From: Candidatus Uhrbacteria bacterium
GTDB taxonomy: Bacteria > Patescibacteriota > Patescibacteriia > UBA9934
Assembly (NCBI GenBank): GCA_943359525.1
Contig: CALRHV010000002.1
Span: 25,040-89,039, forward strand
Length of the DNA: 64,000 nt
Direction: 5' to 3'
Shown here one piece after another: positions 29,700 through 40,031 of this stretch. Position numbers and translations under genes: made by a program. Numbering within the stretch: the stretch's first letter is position 1; each line of letters begins with the position of its first letter. The notes beneath the pieces are model-generated. The model ran no database searches. It worked only from the letters and a program-made list of their open reading frames with translations, and was not told the DNA's origin.

Positions 29700-30584
29700 A
29701 TGGCAAAGATGCCAACATTGTTAGAGATGCTTAAGGCCGGAGTTCACTTTGGTCACCAGTCCAGTCGTTGGCACCCAAAGATGAAGGAATTTATTTTTGG
29801 AGAGCGCGGCGGTGTGCACATTATCGATATTGAGAAGACGCAGACACAATTGGAGCGCGCGATGACCTTTGTGACAGAAACGACCGCTCGCGGCGGATCA
29901 ATTGTATTTGTTGGAACAAAGCGTCAAGCTCAGCCAATCGTTGAAGCGTTTGCAAAGGAAGTAGGCATGCCATACATCAACACGCGTTGGTTGGGAGGAA
30001 CGCTTACAAACTTCGCACAGATTCAGAAGCTTATTCGTCACTTCTTGGACCTCAAGGACAAGTCTGCAAAGGGCGAGCTCAAGAAGTACACCAAGTTGGA
30101 ACAGCTCCAGTTCTCCCGCGAAATCGAAGAACTTGATGAAAAGATTGGTGGACTTTCCACACTCACAAAGCTTCCAGACGCATTGTTCATCTTGGACGCA
30201 CGTCATGAGAAAACTGCCGTGCGCGAAGCAACAACGATGGGTGTGACGATGGTCGCGCTTGTGGATAGCAATGTGAACCCACGCGGTATTCGTTATGTTA
30301 TTCCAGGAAACGACGACGCAGTTGGTAGCTTAGCGATGGTGACGGAGCTTATTGCAGCAGCAGTGAAGGAAGGAAAAACTCGCGCAACAACTCTTGCGAA
30401 CGAAAAGGCCGCAGCTGCAGCAATCGTCCGCGTGAATGCAGAAGATGATGTAAAATTGACCGACAGTTCTCGTGCTGCGGTAGACGACTTGGACGACGCA
30501 ACAAAGGAAGAGCTCGCAGTAAAGGCTGGCGTTGCAAAGGCAGAAGCCAAGCCAGAAGTACGCAAGCCAGAAGGAAAGAAATAA
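29700..30584 (+). CDS. rpsB: 30S ribosomal protein S2
   Basis: AGVHFGH, RWLGGTLTN and IPGNDD motifs. Confidence 0.98.
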   Translation: MAKMPTLLEMLKAGVHFGHQSSRWHPKMKEFIFGERGGVHIIDIEKTQTQLERAMTFVTETTARGGSIVFVGTKRQAQPIVEAFAKEVGMPYINTRWLGGTLTNFAQIQKLIRHFLDLKDKSAKGELKKYTKLEQLQFSREIEELDEKIGGLSTLTKLPDALFILDARHEKTAVREATTMGVTMVALVDSNVNPRGIRYVIPGNDDAVGSLAMVTELIAAAVKEGKTRATTLANEKAAAAAIVRVNAEDDVKLTDSSRAAVDDLDDATKEELAVKAGVAKAEAKPEVRKPEGKK

Positions 30585-30596
30585 TCGAATACCACT

Positions 30597-31187
30597 ATGG
30601 CAATCAACGCCAGTGACGTTGCGAAGCTCCGCGAAATGAGTGGTGCGGGAATGATGGACGCCAAGCGTGCGCTTGAAGAAGCGGGCGGCGACATGGAAAA
30701 GGCAATCGACGCATTGCGCGTGAGTGGTGCAGCAAAGGCAGCAAAGAAGTCGGATCGCGTGACGGCAGAAGGCAAAGTCTTCGCCTACGCTCATGGCGAC
30801 AAGCTCGCAGTGCTCGTCGAAGTGTTGTGTGAAACAGACTTCGTGGCGCGCAACGAGAAGTTCGTGGCTTTCGGTGCCGATCTTGCAATGCATGTTGCTG
30901 CAAGTGCGCCACAATATGTATCGCGCGACCAGGTTCCAGCAGACGTGATTGACCGTGAAAAGGCCGTGTATCGCGAGCAGCTTTCTCAAGAAGGCAAGCC
31001 TGCGGAAATGATTGAAAAGATTCTCGACGGCAAGCTGAACAAGTTCTTTGCAGACATCTGTTTGCTTGAACAAGTCTTCATCAAAGACGACGAAAAGACC
31101 GTTCAGCAGCTTCTCACCGAAAACATCACCGCCATCGGTGAAAACCTCCGCATCGGCCGCATGGTTCGCATGCAGCTGGGAGCGTAA
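30597..31187 (+). CDS. tsf: Elongation factor Ts (short form)
   Basis: LRE.SGAGMMD.K and CETDFVAR motifs. Confidence 0.97.
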   Translation: MAINASDVAKLREMSGAGMMDAKRALEEAGGDMEKAIDALRVSGAAKAAKKSDRVTAEGKVFAYAHGDKLAVLVEVLCETDFVARNEKFVAFGADLAMHVAASAPQYVSRDQVPADVIDREKAVYREQLSQEGKPAEMIEKILDGKLNKFFADICLLEQVFIKDDEKTVQQLLTENITAIGENLRIGRMVRMQLGA

Positions 31188-31194
31188 GTTATCG

Positions 31195-31220
31195 GTCATC
31201 CTCGCGCATGCGGGGATCCA
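31195..31220. repeat. CGTC-type REP monomer (family C)
   Basis: GTCATCCTCGCGCATGCGGGGATCCA. Confidence 0.75.
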
Positions 31221-31278
31221 GCCATCGAATAAACACAACACCGAGCTCAAGGGCTCGGTGTTGTGTTGTAGAATAGGG

Positions 31279-32860
31279 ATGAAATCTTTCTCTATGCTGG
31301 AATCTGAGCAGTATCGTGCGTTAAAAAAGAATCCCGAAGCACGTGACTATCGTTATGCCATGGCGAAGGCGTTGAACATCGCTCGGAAATATGACGGAAC
31401 CGAACAGGCGTATCACGATCTGTTTGCCGCCCTGGAGACGGTCGAGGAAGGGATCCTCACATCGCCGAGCTTGCAGGAATCGAGCATCGCAACGCGCGAC
31501 GCCGAGGCTGCGCTCGCATTTGCGCCAAAGCACCCAAGAGAAGTGAATGACGTGTTGGATATTGCGAATGCATCGTTGCAGCGAGTTATTCATCGCGCTA
31601 TTGAAGATCCAGATGCGAGTAATACGTTGTTGATGAATCGTATTCCCGGCGTGTTATTGCCGCCAGGCGCTGGAACCGTCACGATCGGCGATGAAACGAA
31701 GTTCGAGGCGGCGCGATTTGAGCCGCGGCTTGAAGAAGTGATGAGCCTTCTCAAGACTCTCGGTGTGTTTTCTGATGATGTTATTGTAACAACTGGCGAT
31801 ACTCCCGAAGAAAAAATGCGTGAAGTCAGTTATATTGCCATCGATATTCCTCGGCTTGATCGGATGATTTTGGTGTGTAATCAGGTTGGTGAAGCGACAT
31901 TTGTCATCGCCGGTCGCATTCCGGTGCGCACCCTGCTTTCGACGAGTAAAGAAGATTTGTCAGAACTTTCTGCCGACCGCGTGACGAAAATTATTAAGAA
32001 TCAGCAATGGGCAGAGCGGCTCGTCCACGCGCTTACACATGGCATTGATGGTGCGATGACGCCACCAATGGCGAAGATTGATGTTCGCGCCGAAGATCGG
32101 GAAATGTTGCGTGCGGAGCTTCTCAGAAAATATCCTACGTCAGCAGAATGGATGGACGAGTATCGGAGAGATAAGTTGCAGGGCGATGACGTTGAGGCAT
32201 ACGGAAGAAAACTTCAATACCTCACGACCCGTTTTGGATTCAGTGGCTCTGCAAGAAGGATTGCAGCCTTTATTAAGCTTGGGCGAAAAATTTACGGAGA
32301 GAACGACGCACTATTGATGGCAGAATGGCTTCGTTTTGGTGAACGAACGCCAGAAGAATGGCGCGAGGCGATTATAAAAAAAATACACTACATTTCCCGA
32401 CTGGATGCAAGCGTACGCTCAGGGTACTGGCCCGGGGCGACTTGGACGAAAAATTGACGTTGACGGAAGAAGGCTTAGTTTTCTGGCGTTGCGAATGGGA
32501 ATTCAGGAGAACCCCTATGCGCGGGCAAACTTTTTGTTGTTGAGTCAGAAAATTTACGGAGAGAATAATCCAGACATCCTGAAAGAAATTGAGTATATTC
32601 GCGAGCGAACGTTGGAGGAATGGCGCTTTGAAATTCTTAAAGAATATCCAACATCGGTTGATTGGCTTACTGAATTTCGGCAAAATAATCAAGGGAAAGG
32701 CATCAATATTGACGGAAGAGGCTTGACGTTCCTTGGAACACAATTCGGTATACACGGTGATCCTCGGGCAATCCGAAATCTCATTATGTTAACCGGAATG
32801 ATCTACGGCGAGGATGATCCGTTTGTTCGTCGAGAGCGTGAACGGCTTGGGATGGTATAG
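31279..32860 (+). pseudogene. Hypothetical repeat protein split by a +1 frameshift in an A8 tract (32376-32383)
   Basis: Removing one A joins both ORFs and restores the repeat motif KY(P/T)T..(D/E)W...Y/F. Confidence 0.75.
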
Positions 32861-32887
32861 ACGAATCATGATAAAATGCTCTCATCT

Positions 32888-33889
32888 ATGCCTCGCATTG
32901 CTATTAATGGGTTTGGTCGAATCGGACGAACGGTGTTAAAGGTGGGTTGGGAGAAGAAGGGATTCGACGTTGTCGCGATTAATGACCTTACCGATGCCGC
33001 AACGCTGGCGTATCTTTTGAAGCACGATACCAATTACGGAACATGGGGCGTTGAGGTGAGTCACACTGAGGATTCGCTCATCGTCGGCGGAAAAACAATA
33101 CGACTCCTCGGTGAGAAAGATCCTGCGGCATTGCCGTGGAAAGATTTAGATATTGATATCGTGATTGAATCGACGGGATTGTTTGTTACGGAGGAAAAAG
33201 CGAGCGTGCATCTGGCGGCCGGAGCGAAACGTGTGATTATTTCTGCGCCAGCAAAAGGTGGGAATGTTCCAACGTTTGTGATGGGTGTGAATGATGCGAA
33301 GTTGAAGGGGGAGAAAGCTGGGATTCTCAGTAACGCATCATGCACCACGAATTGTGTGGCGCCGGTTTCCGCGATTATTGAGGAAGCTTTCGGCATCGAG
33401 AAGGCGATGATGACGACGGTGCATGGATACACGGCGTCGCAGGCGCTCGTCGATTCGCCAAAGAAGGATATGCGCGAAGGGCGTGCGGCTGCCGAGAATA
33501 TGGTGCCAACTTCAACTGGCGCAGCAATTGCAGTAGCTTTGACCATTCCTTCGCTGAAGAATCGATTTGATGGATTATCGATTCGTGTTCCGGTGCCGAC
33601 GGTGTCGCTTTCGGACATGACGTTCCTTTTGAAGAAGGATGTCACCATTGAAGAGGTGAACGCGGCGATTCTTGCTGCGGTGAAAACGCCGCGCTTCTCA
33701 TCGATCGTGGGAACGACGGATGAGCCGCTCGTTTCGTCCGACTTCATCGGCGATCCACACTCGGCGACCGTCGATCTTTCATTAACGAATGTCGTCGACG
33801 GCAATCTCGTGAAAGTCGTCGCGTGGTACGACAACGAGTGGGGCTATTCACACAGCCTTGTTGAACTTTGCTTATCATCAGTAAAATAA
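32888..33889 (+). CDS. gap: Type I glyceraldehyde-3-phosphate dehydrogenase
   Basis: INGFGRIGR, SNASCTTNC and WYDNEWGYS motifs. Confidence 0.98.
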   Translation: MPRIAINGFGRIGRTVLKVGWEKKGFDVVAINDLTDAATLAYLLKHDTNYGTWGVEVSHTEDSLIVGGKTIRLLGEKDPAALPWKDLDIDIVIESTGLFVTEEKASVHLAAGAKRVIISAPAKGGNVPTFVMGVNDAKLKGEKAGILSNASCTTNCVAPVSAIIEEAFGIEKAMMTTVHGYTASQALVDSPKKDMREGRAAAENMVPTSTGAAIAVALTIPSLKNRFDGLSIRVPVPTVSLSDMTFLLKKDVTIEEVNAAILAAVKTPRFSSIVGTTDEPLVSSDFIGDPHSATVDLSLTNVVDGNLVKVVAWYDNEWGYSHSLVELCLSSVK

Positions 33890-33892
33890 AAT

Positions 33893-34390
33893 ATGCGTAC
33901 ACAATCCACACTTGGGAAAATTGCAGAGACCACACATGAGAAGAGTTTTGGTGCGGCGTATGTTGCGCTTCGGGTTCTTCTTGGCGGAATGTTTCTTACG
34001 ACGGGATGGGCAAAGATCTCAACTGATTGGAGCGCTGCAACGTATCTTGCAGCAGCCGATGGCCCATTTTCGGAATGGTTCCGATCGTTGGCAGGGAACG
34101 GTGTGATCGATGCGATGAATGCGTGGGGACTGTTCCTGCTTGGCATCGCATTACTCTTCGGTCTTCTGACGCGACCCGCAGCAATTCTCGGAATGCTGCT
34201 GATGACACTGTATTACTTGGCGCATTTCGTGAGCAACACGGCAATGGGATATATCGATCAACACGTCATTTACGCCGCCGTCCTCGCGCTTTTTGCTGCT
34301 GGCGGTGCCGGTCACGCGTTCGGATTGAACGCTATTGTTCTTGGGAATTTGCGGAAGTCGAATACTGTTGTGAAGTTTTTGTTTGGGTAG
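33893..34390 (+). CDS. DoxX-family (TQO small subunit DoxD-like) membrane protein
   Basis: LRV.LG.MFL..GW.K, G.ALL.GL.TR and G...GL motifs. Confidence 0.8.
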   Translation: MRTQSTLGKIAETTHEKSFGAAYVALRVLLGGMFLTTGWAKISTDWSAATYLAAADGPFSEWFRSLAGNGVIDAMNAWGLFLLGIALLFGLLTRPAAILGMLLMTLYYLAHFVSNTAMGYIDQHVIYAAVLALFAAGGAGHAFGLNAIVLGNLRKSNTVVKFLFG

Positions 34391-34413
34391 CGAACTGCCA
34401 AAATGTTTAGTCA

Positions 34414-34494
34414 GTCATTCTGAGCGTAGCGAAGAATCTCTCGTAGGGTTCTTCGGATCACATGCGAGAGATCCTTCACTTCGTTCAGGATGAC
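34414..34494. repeat. REP dimer, family A
   Basis: GTCATTCTGAGCGTAGCGAAGAATCT...AGATCCTTCACTTCGTTCAGGATGAC. Confidence 0.85.
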
Positions 34495-34527
34495 TGATGT
34501 GAGGCTATACGAAATTGGAATGTACGT

Positions 34528-35781
34528 ATGACCCAAACTCGGATCGTTATTGTTGGCGGTGGTTTTGGCGGCTTCAGTGTTGCTCGTCGGTTGCTCCGAT
34601 CCTCGATATCGAATCGCATCGCGGTGACTATTGTCGACCCGTCATCCGCATCGGTATACACGCCGTGGCTGTATGAAGTTGCGTCGGGTGGGTTACTTGA
34701 GGATTCGCTGCGTGCCGATCTTGTTCGTGCGACGGACATTCTGCTCGATCAATTTTCAGGAATCCGTTTCCGAAAATGCGCAATTCAGTCAGTCGATCCT
34801 GTTGTGCGCAATGTAATTTGCGCTGATGGATCGGCGATCCCGTACGATATTTGTGTATTTGCCGTGGGCAGTGTGTCGAATAATTTTGGTATTCCCGGCG
34901 TGAAGCAGTTCGCAACGGACCTGAAGCGCACGAGCGATGCACTCATGATTCGAACCGAACTCTCGAACATTATTCAGAGCTCCTCCACAAAAACAAAGCG
35001 CATTGTTATCGCTGGAGCTGGTGCGAGTGGAACAGAGTTTGCAGCAGAGCTCGTTGCAACGATTCGTGCGTTGGAAAAACGTGGCGCGATTGCGCATCGA
35101 TTTGTTGAAGTGATGCTTATTGACTCTGCGGACACGCCGCTACAGATGCTCTCGCCGTTTCTCCGAAAGAAAGCGCAGGCGCGTCTTCGTGATCTTGGCG
35201 TTGTACTGCGAATGAATACTGCGCTCGCAAATGTCGCAGAACATTCTGTGGGGTTGAAGCGTATTGTGAAGGGCATTCCTTCCGAGAAGATTGAGACGGT
35301 GTCCTGCGATTACTGCGTGACGGCACTTGGAGTAAAAATGCCAGAGATTGTTGCATTGTTGTTATTCGAGAAACATCCAAAAGGAAGAATATTGGTGGAC
35401 GATGCATTGCGTGTACTGGAATATCGAGACATCTTCGTTCTTGGCGATGCCGCATTTGTGAACAACGGAAAATATCCTGATCCGCAAACCGCGCAAGTTG
35501 CCGTTGAACAATCCATCGTCGTTGCGAAAAATATTGTTGCAATGATCACGAAACGTCCCGTTGTTTTGTATCGTCAGCGCAAGGCCTGGGACATTCTTAT
35601 TGCACTTGGCGGAAAGCATGCTGTTGGAAAGGCGTTTGGTGTTCCAATTTGGGGGTATACTGCATACATCCTTCGACGTTTGGTCGATGCTCGATATTTC
35701 TTTTCTGTCCTTCCACTGTGGAGCGCGTGCGTTCGCGTGGTGAAGGGCGTTGCAGTGTATGGTAAAAACGAAACTCCATAA
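34528..35781 (+). CDS. ndh: Type II NADH dehydrogenase-like FAD oxidoreductase
   Basis: IVGGGFGG, P.LYEVA.G, GAGASGTEFAAE, GD.A and P.TAQ.A.Q motifs. Confidence 0.8.
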   Translation: MTQTRIVIVGGGFGGFSVARRLLRSSISNRIAVTIVDPSSASVYTPWLYEVASGGLLEDSLRADLVRATDILLDQFSGIRFRKCAIQSVDPVVRNVICADGSAIPYDICVFAVGSVSNNFGIPGVKQFATDLKRTSDALMIRTELSNIIQSSSTKTKRIVIAGAGASGTEFAAELVATIRALEKRGAIAHRFVEVMLIDSADTPLQMLSPFLRKKAQARLRDLGVVLRMNTALANVAEHSVGLKRIVKGIPSEKIETVSCDYCVTALGVKMPEIVALLLFEKHPKGRILVDDALRVLEYRDIFVLGDAAFVNNGKYPDPQTAQVAVEQSIVVAKNIVAMITKRPVVLYRQRKAWDILIALGGKHAVGKAFGVPIWGYTAYILRRLVDARYFFSVLPLWSACVRVVKGVAVYGKNETP

Positions 35782-36904
35782 GAATATTTCCTCGTGGACG
35801 GTTCGCGACATTTCGGACGACAGTCGGGTGCTGTTGCGCGTGGATGCGAACGTGCCAATGATAGATGGACGTGTGTCGATTCATGGTCGGCATCGATTGA
35901 AATCGATTCTTCCGGAAATCAATCGTCTTCGTTCTCGCGGCGCACGAATCGTTCTTATCGCACACCTCGGCGATCCAAAGGGGAAGTTTGTAAAATCACT
36001 TTCACTTGCCCCTGTTGCTCGAGCGTTAGCTCGCGTGATCGACCATCCTGTTCGATTCATTCCGCATCCGGTCGGCGAGGAAGCCGCTCGTGTCATCGAC
36101 CGGATGGCTCCGGGATCGATTGTGATGCTCGAAAATCTTCGATTCGACAAAGGCGAGGAAAAGAATAGTGCTGACTTTGCGAAACGTCTCGCCGAGCTCG
36201 GTGACGTGTACGTAAACAACGCATTTAGTGTTTGCCATCGGAAACACGCGTCGATGGTTGCGGTCACGAAGTGTTTGCCGAGTTTTGCTGGCGAGCTTGT
36301 TGTTCGCGAGGCTCGTGCGTTGCTCATGGTGCCAAAGCATCCATTCGTCCTCATCCTTGGCGGCATGAAGATTTCAACAAAGATCCCATTGATCAAACGT
36401 CTCGGTGCACACGCGAATGCAATTCTCATCGGCGGCGCAACGGCATTGACGATGTTGAAGGCCGATGTGGGATCACTTCCGGTGGACGTTCCGGAATTTA
36501 CGAAACCGAAGGACGTTGCGAGTGCAAAAACAATTGCAAAGAAATTTGGAACAAAAATCTATCTGCCGTGCGATCTTGTTGTGATGAAAAACAGTGTTCT
36601 CGATATTGGTCCATCAACGATCGAATCGTTCTGCACCGCAATCGCAAGCGGGAAGCACATTGTTTGGAACGGGCCAATGGGAATGACAAGTCGCGAAGAT
36701 GGGTTTGCCGGAACGCTCGCTATTGCAAAAGCTATCGCAAAAAACACGAAAGCCGTCAGCATCGTTGGCGGCGGTGAAACGGTTGAATGCCTTGAAGAGT
36801 TCGATCTTACCGATTCCTTCACCCACGTTTCCACTGGCGGCAGCGCCATGCTCGCATTCCTTGGTGGGGAAGCGATGCCAGGGCTTGAGGCACTCGCGAA
36901 ATAA
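35759..36904 (+). CDS. pgk: Phosphoglycerate kinase
   Basis: RVDANVP, HLG.P, LENLRF, WNGPMG and HVSTGG motifs. Confidence 0.95.
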   Translation: MVKTKLHKNISSWTVRDISDDSRVLLRVDANVPMIDGRVSIHGRHRLKSILPEINRLRSRGARIVLIAHLGDPKGKFVKSLSLAPVARALARVIDHPVRFIPHPVGEEAARVIDRMAPGSIVMLENLRFDKGEEKNSADFAKRLAELGDVYVNNAFSVCHRKHASMVAVTKCLPSFAGELVVREARALLMVPKHPFVLILGGMKISTKIPLIKRLGAHANAILIGGATALTMLKADVGSLPVDVPEFTKPKDVASAKTIAKKFGTKIYLPCDLVVMKNSVLDIGPSTIESFCTAIASGKHIVWNGPMGMTSREDGFAGTLAIAKAIAKNTKAVSIVGGGETVECLEEFDLTDSFTHVSTGGSAMLAFLGGEAMPGLEALAK

Positions 36905-36907
36905 TGT

Positions 36908-37536
36908 ATGACATGGCTTTTGGCCGCCATTGCTGCTCCTGCCATTTGGGCATTCACGAATGTTCTTGATCAGGACCTCGTGAATCGGCGTTCGAAGGAT
37001 CCGTTATTTCTCGTCGGTATTACAGGGTTGTTTTTTGGAATTCCTTCCATAATCGCCATGCTCACTGGAAGGTTTGTGATGCTTGAGGCAAAGGATCTTT
37101 TGCTCGCGTTCGCTGTTGCGGTGCTCGGGCTCCTTGCATACGCTCTCTACTTTTTTGCTCTACGGAACGATGACGTTGCGGATGTGATTTTCTTTCTGGA
37201 TTCGCGTGGGTATCATTAGCGATGGTGTTTTGTGCAGCGATCCTTCTTGGCTCGCGATGGCATATTCGGCAGAAAAGGAATTCATGGAAGGATGTGGGTA
37301 CGTATGTCGTAGGCGAACTTTGTGATACGAGCGCAAGCTCCCTGAAGGCTTTTGCGCTGAGTCTTGGTCCGGCAAGCGTTGTTCAGGCACTCGAGGGAAT
37401 TCAGTCGTTATTTGTGATGGGATTTGAATCACTTGGTCTTGTTGGGAAGCGCATCCATCGAACGCGAACGCAGAAGGCTCGTATTATCGTTGCGTCGATA
37501 TTCGCGATAGCTGGGTTGCTGTTGATTGTGAGATGA
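36908..37536 (+). pseudogene. Fragmented EamA/DMT-family transporter
   Basis: Two ORFs (36908-37219 and 37222-37536) carry N- and C-terminal DMT-like helices (ALSLGPASVV.AL); total length is well short of a two-domain EamA. Confidence 0.65.
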
Positions 37537-37548
37537 ATGCAGTAAAAA

Positions 37549-37768
37549 GAGCTGATTCTTTGGAAGGGTTGTGAGGGAGATGGTTATGGTGTTTTGACGA
37601 GGTACTCCGTTTTTCGATTCTGCCGATGTTGTGTTGACACGACATTTCATCTGCAGAAACAGCAATGATTTCCACAATCAGATGTCGTGTCAACACAACA
37701 TCGTCGAATTCGAGAATCAGACTGCCTTACTGCCGTCTTCCCATCACAACACCTCAAAAGATCAATTC
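37549..37768 (+). ncRNA. ~220-nt rod-like hairpin, candidate ncRNA (6S-like) or MITE
   Basis: Perfect 22-bp inverted repeat (37624-37645 / 37682-37703) extended by G-T-rich imperfect outer stems. Confidence 0.5.
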
Positions 37769-37813
37769 ATATTCAAGTTAACGTGCTATACTTTTTGTAA
37801 TTAACATTATTTT

Positions 37814-38602
37814 ATGGCTTCTTGGGAAAAAAATTCGTCGAGCTTTTGGCCAACGTGGGGGGAAAATAAGTTATTCACCGTGTTGCTCGCAATTCTCATG
37901 GTGTACAGCATCGTGTGGGTTGGCGCGCAGATGAAGAAAACAATGCGAGAATATTCGCATGTGGGATACAGCGATCTTACCGCACCAACCATTTCGGTGA
38001 GCGCTTCTGGCAAAGCAAGCGTAGTGCCAGACATCGCAACAACAGATGTGACAGTAATGAAAAATGCAGCAACAGCAGCGGACGCACAGAGTGCGGCATC
38101 GGCAACAATGACGACGGTGCTTGCAGCAATCAAGACGCTCGGCGTTCCGGACGCAGATATTCAAATCTCATCATTCAGCACGTCTGAAGTGTATGACTAC
38201 GATGTGAGTCCTGCGATAGTTACCGGCTATCAATCATCCCAAACGCTTACGGTAAAGGTTCGTGATACGAATCTTATCTCGAGTGTTCTCGACGCTGGCC
38301 CAAAGAATGGTGCGACATCGGTTTCGAGTATTCGATACGAGGTTGATGACGAAACTGCAACAATCAACGAAGCTCGTAATGAAGCAATTGTAAAAGCAAA
38401 GGAACAGGCAAAGAGTATCGCAGCATCGATGGGTGGACGTCTTGGGCGCGTAGTGAGTTACAACGAAAGTCGGGGAGGATCAGTGGTGTCGTATTACGGA
38501 ATAGCGGAAGCGGTGAAAGTCTCAGATTCAATTGCTCCTCCGGTTGAAGTTGGTTCGCAAGAAATTGAAATGACGGTTTCAATCACCTACGCACTCAATT
38601 AA
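37814..38602 (+). CDS. SIMPL (DUF541) domain protein
   Basis: TISVS.SG....PD.A, GA..V..I and AR..A...AK..A motifs. Confidence 0.88.
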   Translation: MASWEKNSSSFWPTWGENKLFTVLLAILMVYSIVWVGAQMKKTMREYSHVGYSDLTAPTISVSASGKASVVPDIATTDVTVMKNAATAADAQSAASATMTTVLAAIKTLGVPDADIQISSFSTSEVYDYDVSPAIVTGYQSSQTLTVKVRDTNLISSVLDAGPKNGATSVSSIRYEVDDETATINEARNEAIVKAKEQAKSIAASMGGRLGRVVSYNESRGGSVVSYYGIAEAVKVSDSIAPPVEVGSQEIEMTVSITYALN

Positions 38603-38610
38603 TCCACGCT

Positions 38611-39870
38611 ATGCTCGAACGCATTGATGCAGTACATGCTCACGAAATTTTAGATTCGCGAGGGAATCCGACGGTTCATGTGTCGGTGATGCTTCGCGAC
38701 GGAACGCGCGGCCATGCTGCGGTACCGAGTGGCGCATCGACTGGCGTGCATGAGGCTGTCGAGCTTCGCGACGGCGACAAGAAACGATATCGCGGACTTG
38801 GTGTGCGAAAGGCGGTGCGAAATGTGAACGACATCATTGGTCCGGCGCTTCGTCGTCGCGATGTTGCGGATCAGCGGGGAATTGATGAATCGATGTGCGT
38901 CATCGATGGTACCGACAACAAGAAACGTCTCGGCGCCAATGCAATTCTCGGTGTTTCGCTCGCAGTTGCTCATGCCGGTGCTCGTCGTGCACGTATGCCG
39001 TTGTATGCGTATTTGCGCGAAACGTACGATATTGGATTGAGTAAGTTCAAGCTCCCAACTCCGTTATTGAACGTCTTTAATGGCGGACGACACGCGGATA
39101 CGAACCTGGACATGCAAGAATTCATCATCATTCCTCACGGCTTCTCGACGTTTTCGCGAAAGATGCAGGCAGGAAGCGAAATCTTTCACATGCTTGGCGA
39201 TGTGCTTCATGCCGACGGTCTTGATACGGATGTTGGAAACGAGGGTGGCTATGCTCCAGATGTTGGTCGCACAGAATCTGCGCTCGAATATCTCGTCCAG
39301 GCAGTGAGGAAGGCCAAGTACAAGCTCGGCAAGGAGATTGGTTTTGGAATCGACGTTGCCGCAAGCGAATTCTTTAATGCGAAAACAAAGAAGTACGAGC
39401 TTTCCACGGACAAGCGAAAGAACACGGCAAAACAAATGATCGACCTTTACGAGATGTGGAGCAAGAAGTACCCGATGATTTCCATCGAGGACGGACTTGC
39501 GGAGGATGCATGGGAAGATTGGGAGGAAATGACGAGACGTCTTGGAAAGAAGATGCTTCTCATTGGCGACGATCTCTTTGTGACCGATGTACGTCGTCTG
39601 CACCGCGGAATTGATTCCGGCGTTGCGAATTCCATTCTCATCAAGCCAAATCAGATTGGGACATTATCGGAGACCATGGAGGCGATCGCTCTCGCGAAAG
39701 AGAACAACTACAAAGTCATCATCTCCCATCGTTCCGGCGAAACAACAGATACAACCATTGCCGACATCGCCGTCGCCGTAAACGCCGAATTCATCAAATC
39801 GGGAGCGCCATCGCGATCAGAGAGACTATGCAAGTACAATCGATTGTTGGAGATTGAGGAGGAGATTTGA
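38611..39870 (+). CDS. eno: Enolase
   Basis: DSRGNPT, PSGASTG..EA.ELRD, LGANA, IEDG and SHRSGET motifs. Confidence 0.98.
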   Translation: MLERIDAVHAHEILDSRGNPTVHVSVMLRDGTRGHAAVPSGASTGVHEAVELRDGDKKRYRGLGVRKAVRNVNDIIGPALRRRDVADQRGIDESMCVIDGTDNKKRLGANAILGVSLAVAHAGARRARMPLYAYLRETYDIGLSKFKLPTPLLNVFNGGRHADTNLDMQEFIIIPHGFSTFSRKMQAGSEIFHMLGDVLHADGLDTDVGNEGGYAPDVGRTESALEYLVQAVRKAKYKLGKEIGFGIDVAASEFFNAKTKKYELSTDKRKNTAKQMIDLYEMWSKKYPMISIEDGLAEDAWEDWEEMTRRLGKKMLLIGDDLFVTDVRRLHRGIDSGVANSILIKPNQIGTLSETMEAIALAKENNYKVIISHRSGETTDTTIADIAVAVNAEFIKSGAPSRSERLCKYNRLLEIEEEI

Positions 39871-39988
39871 TGTGGATAGTTTTGACGAAAGCTGTTTTTT
39901 GTGGCTTAATATGTGCATCCGGGGATGTTTGAAAGAACACCTCTTCCAGGATGATCAAGAAATGCTTCGCGAATGCGAAGTATTTTTT

Positions 39989-40013
39989 GTTCGTTTTCTG
40001 TTCGTGTTATACT
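39989..40013 (+). promoter_or_regulatory. LexA-type box (GTTC-N7-GTTC) abutting the -10 box of the tRNA-like gene
   Basis: GTTCGTTTTCTGTTCG-TGT-TATACT; 15/16 identical to the lexA promoter box. Confidence 0.75.
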
Positions 40014-40031
40014 GCTTCGGTCGGATTATTG

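Noticed and set aside
37549-37768. Retron msr-msd
   Set aside because: No reverse transcriptase adjacent
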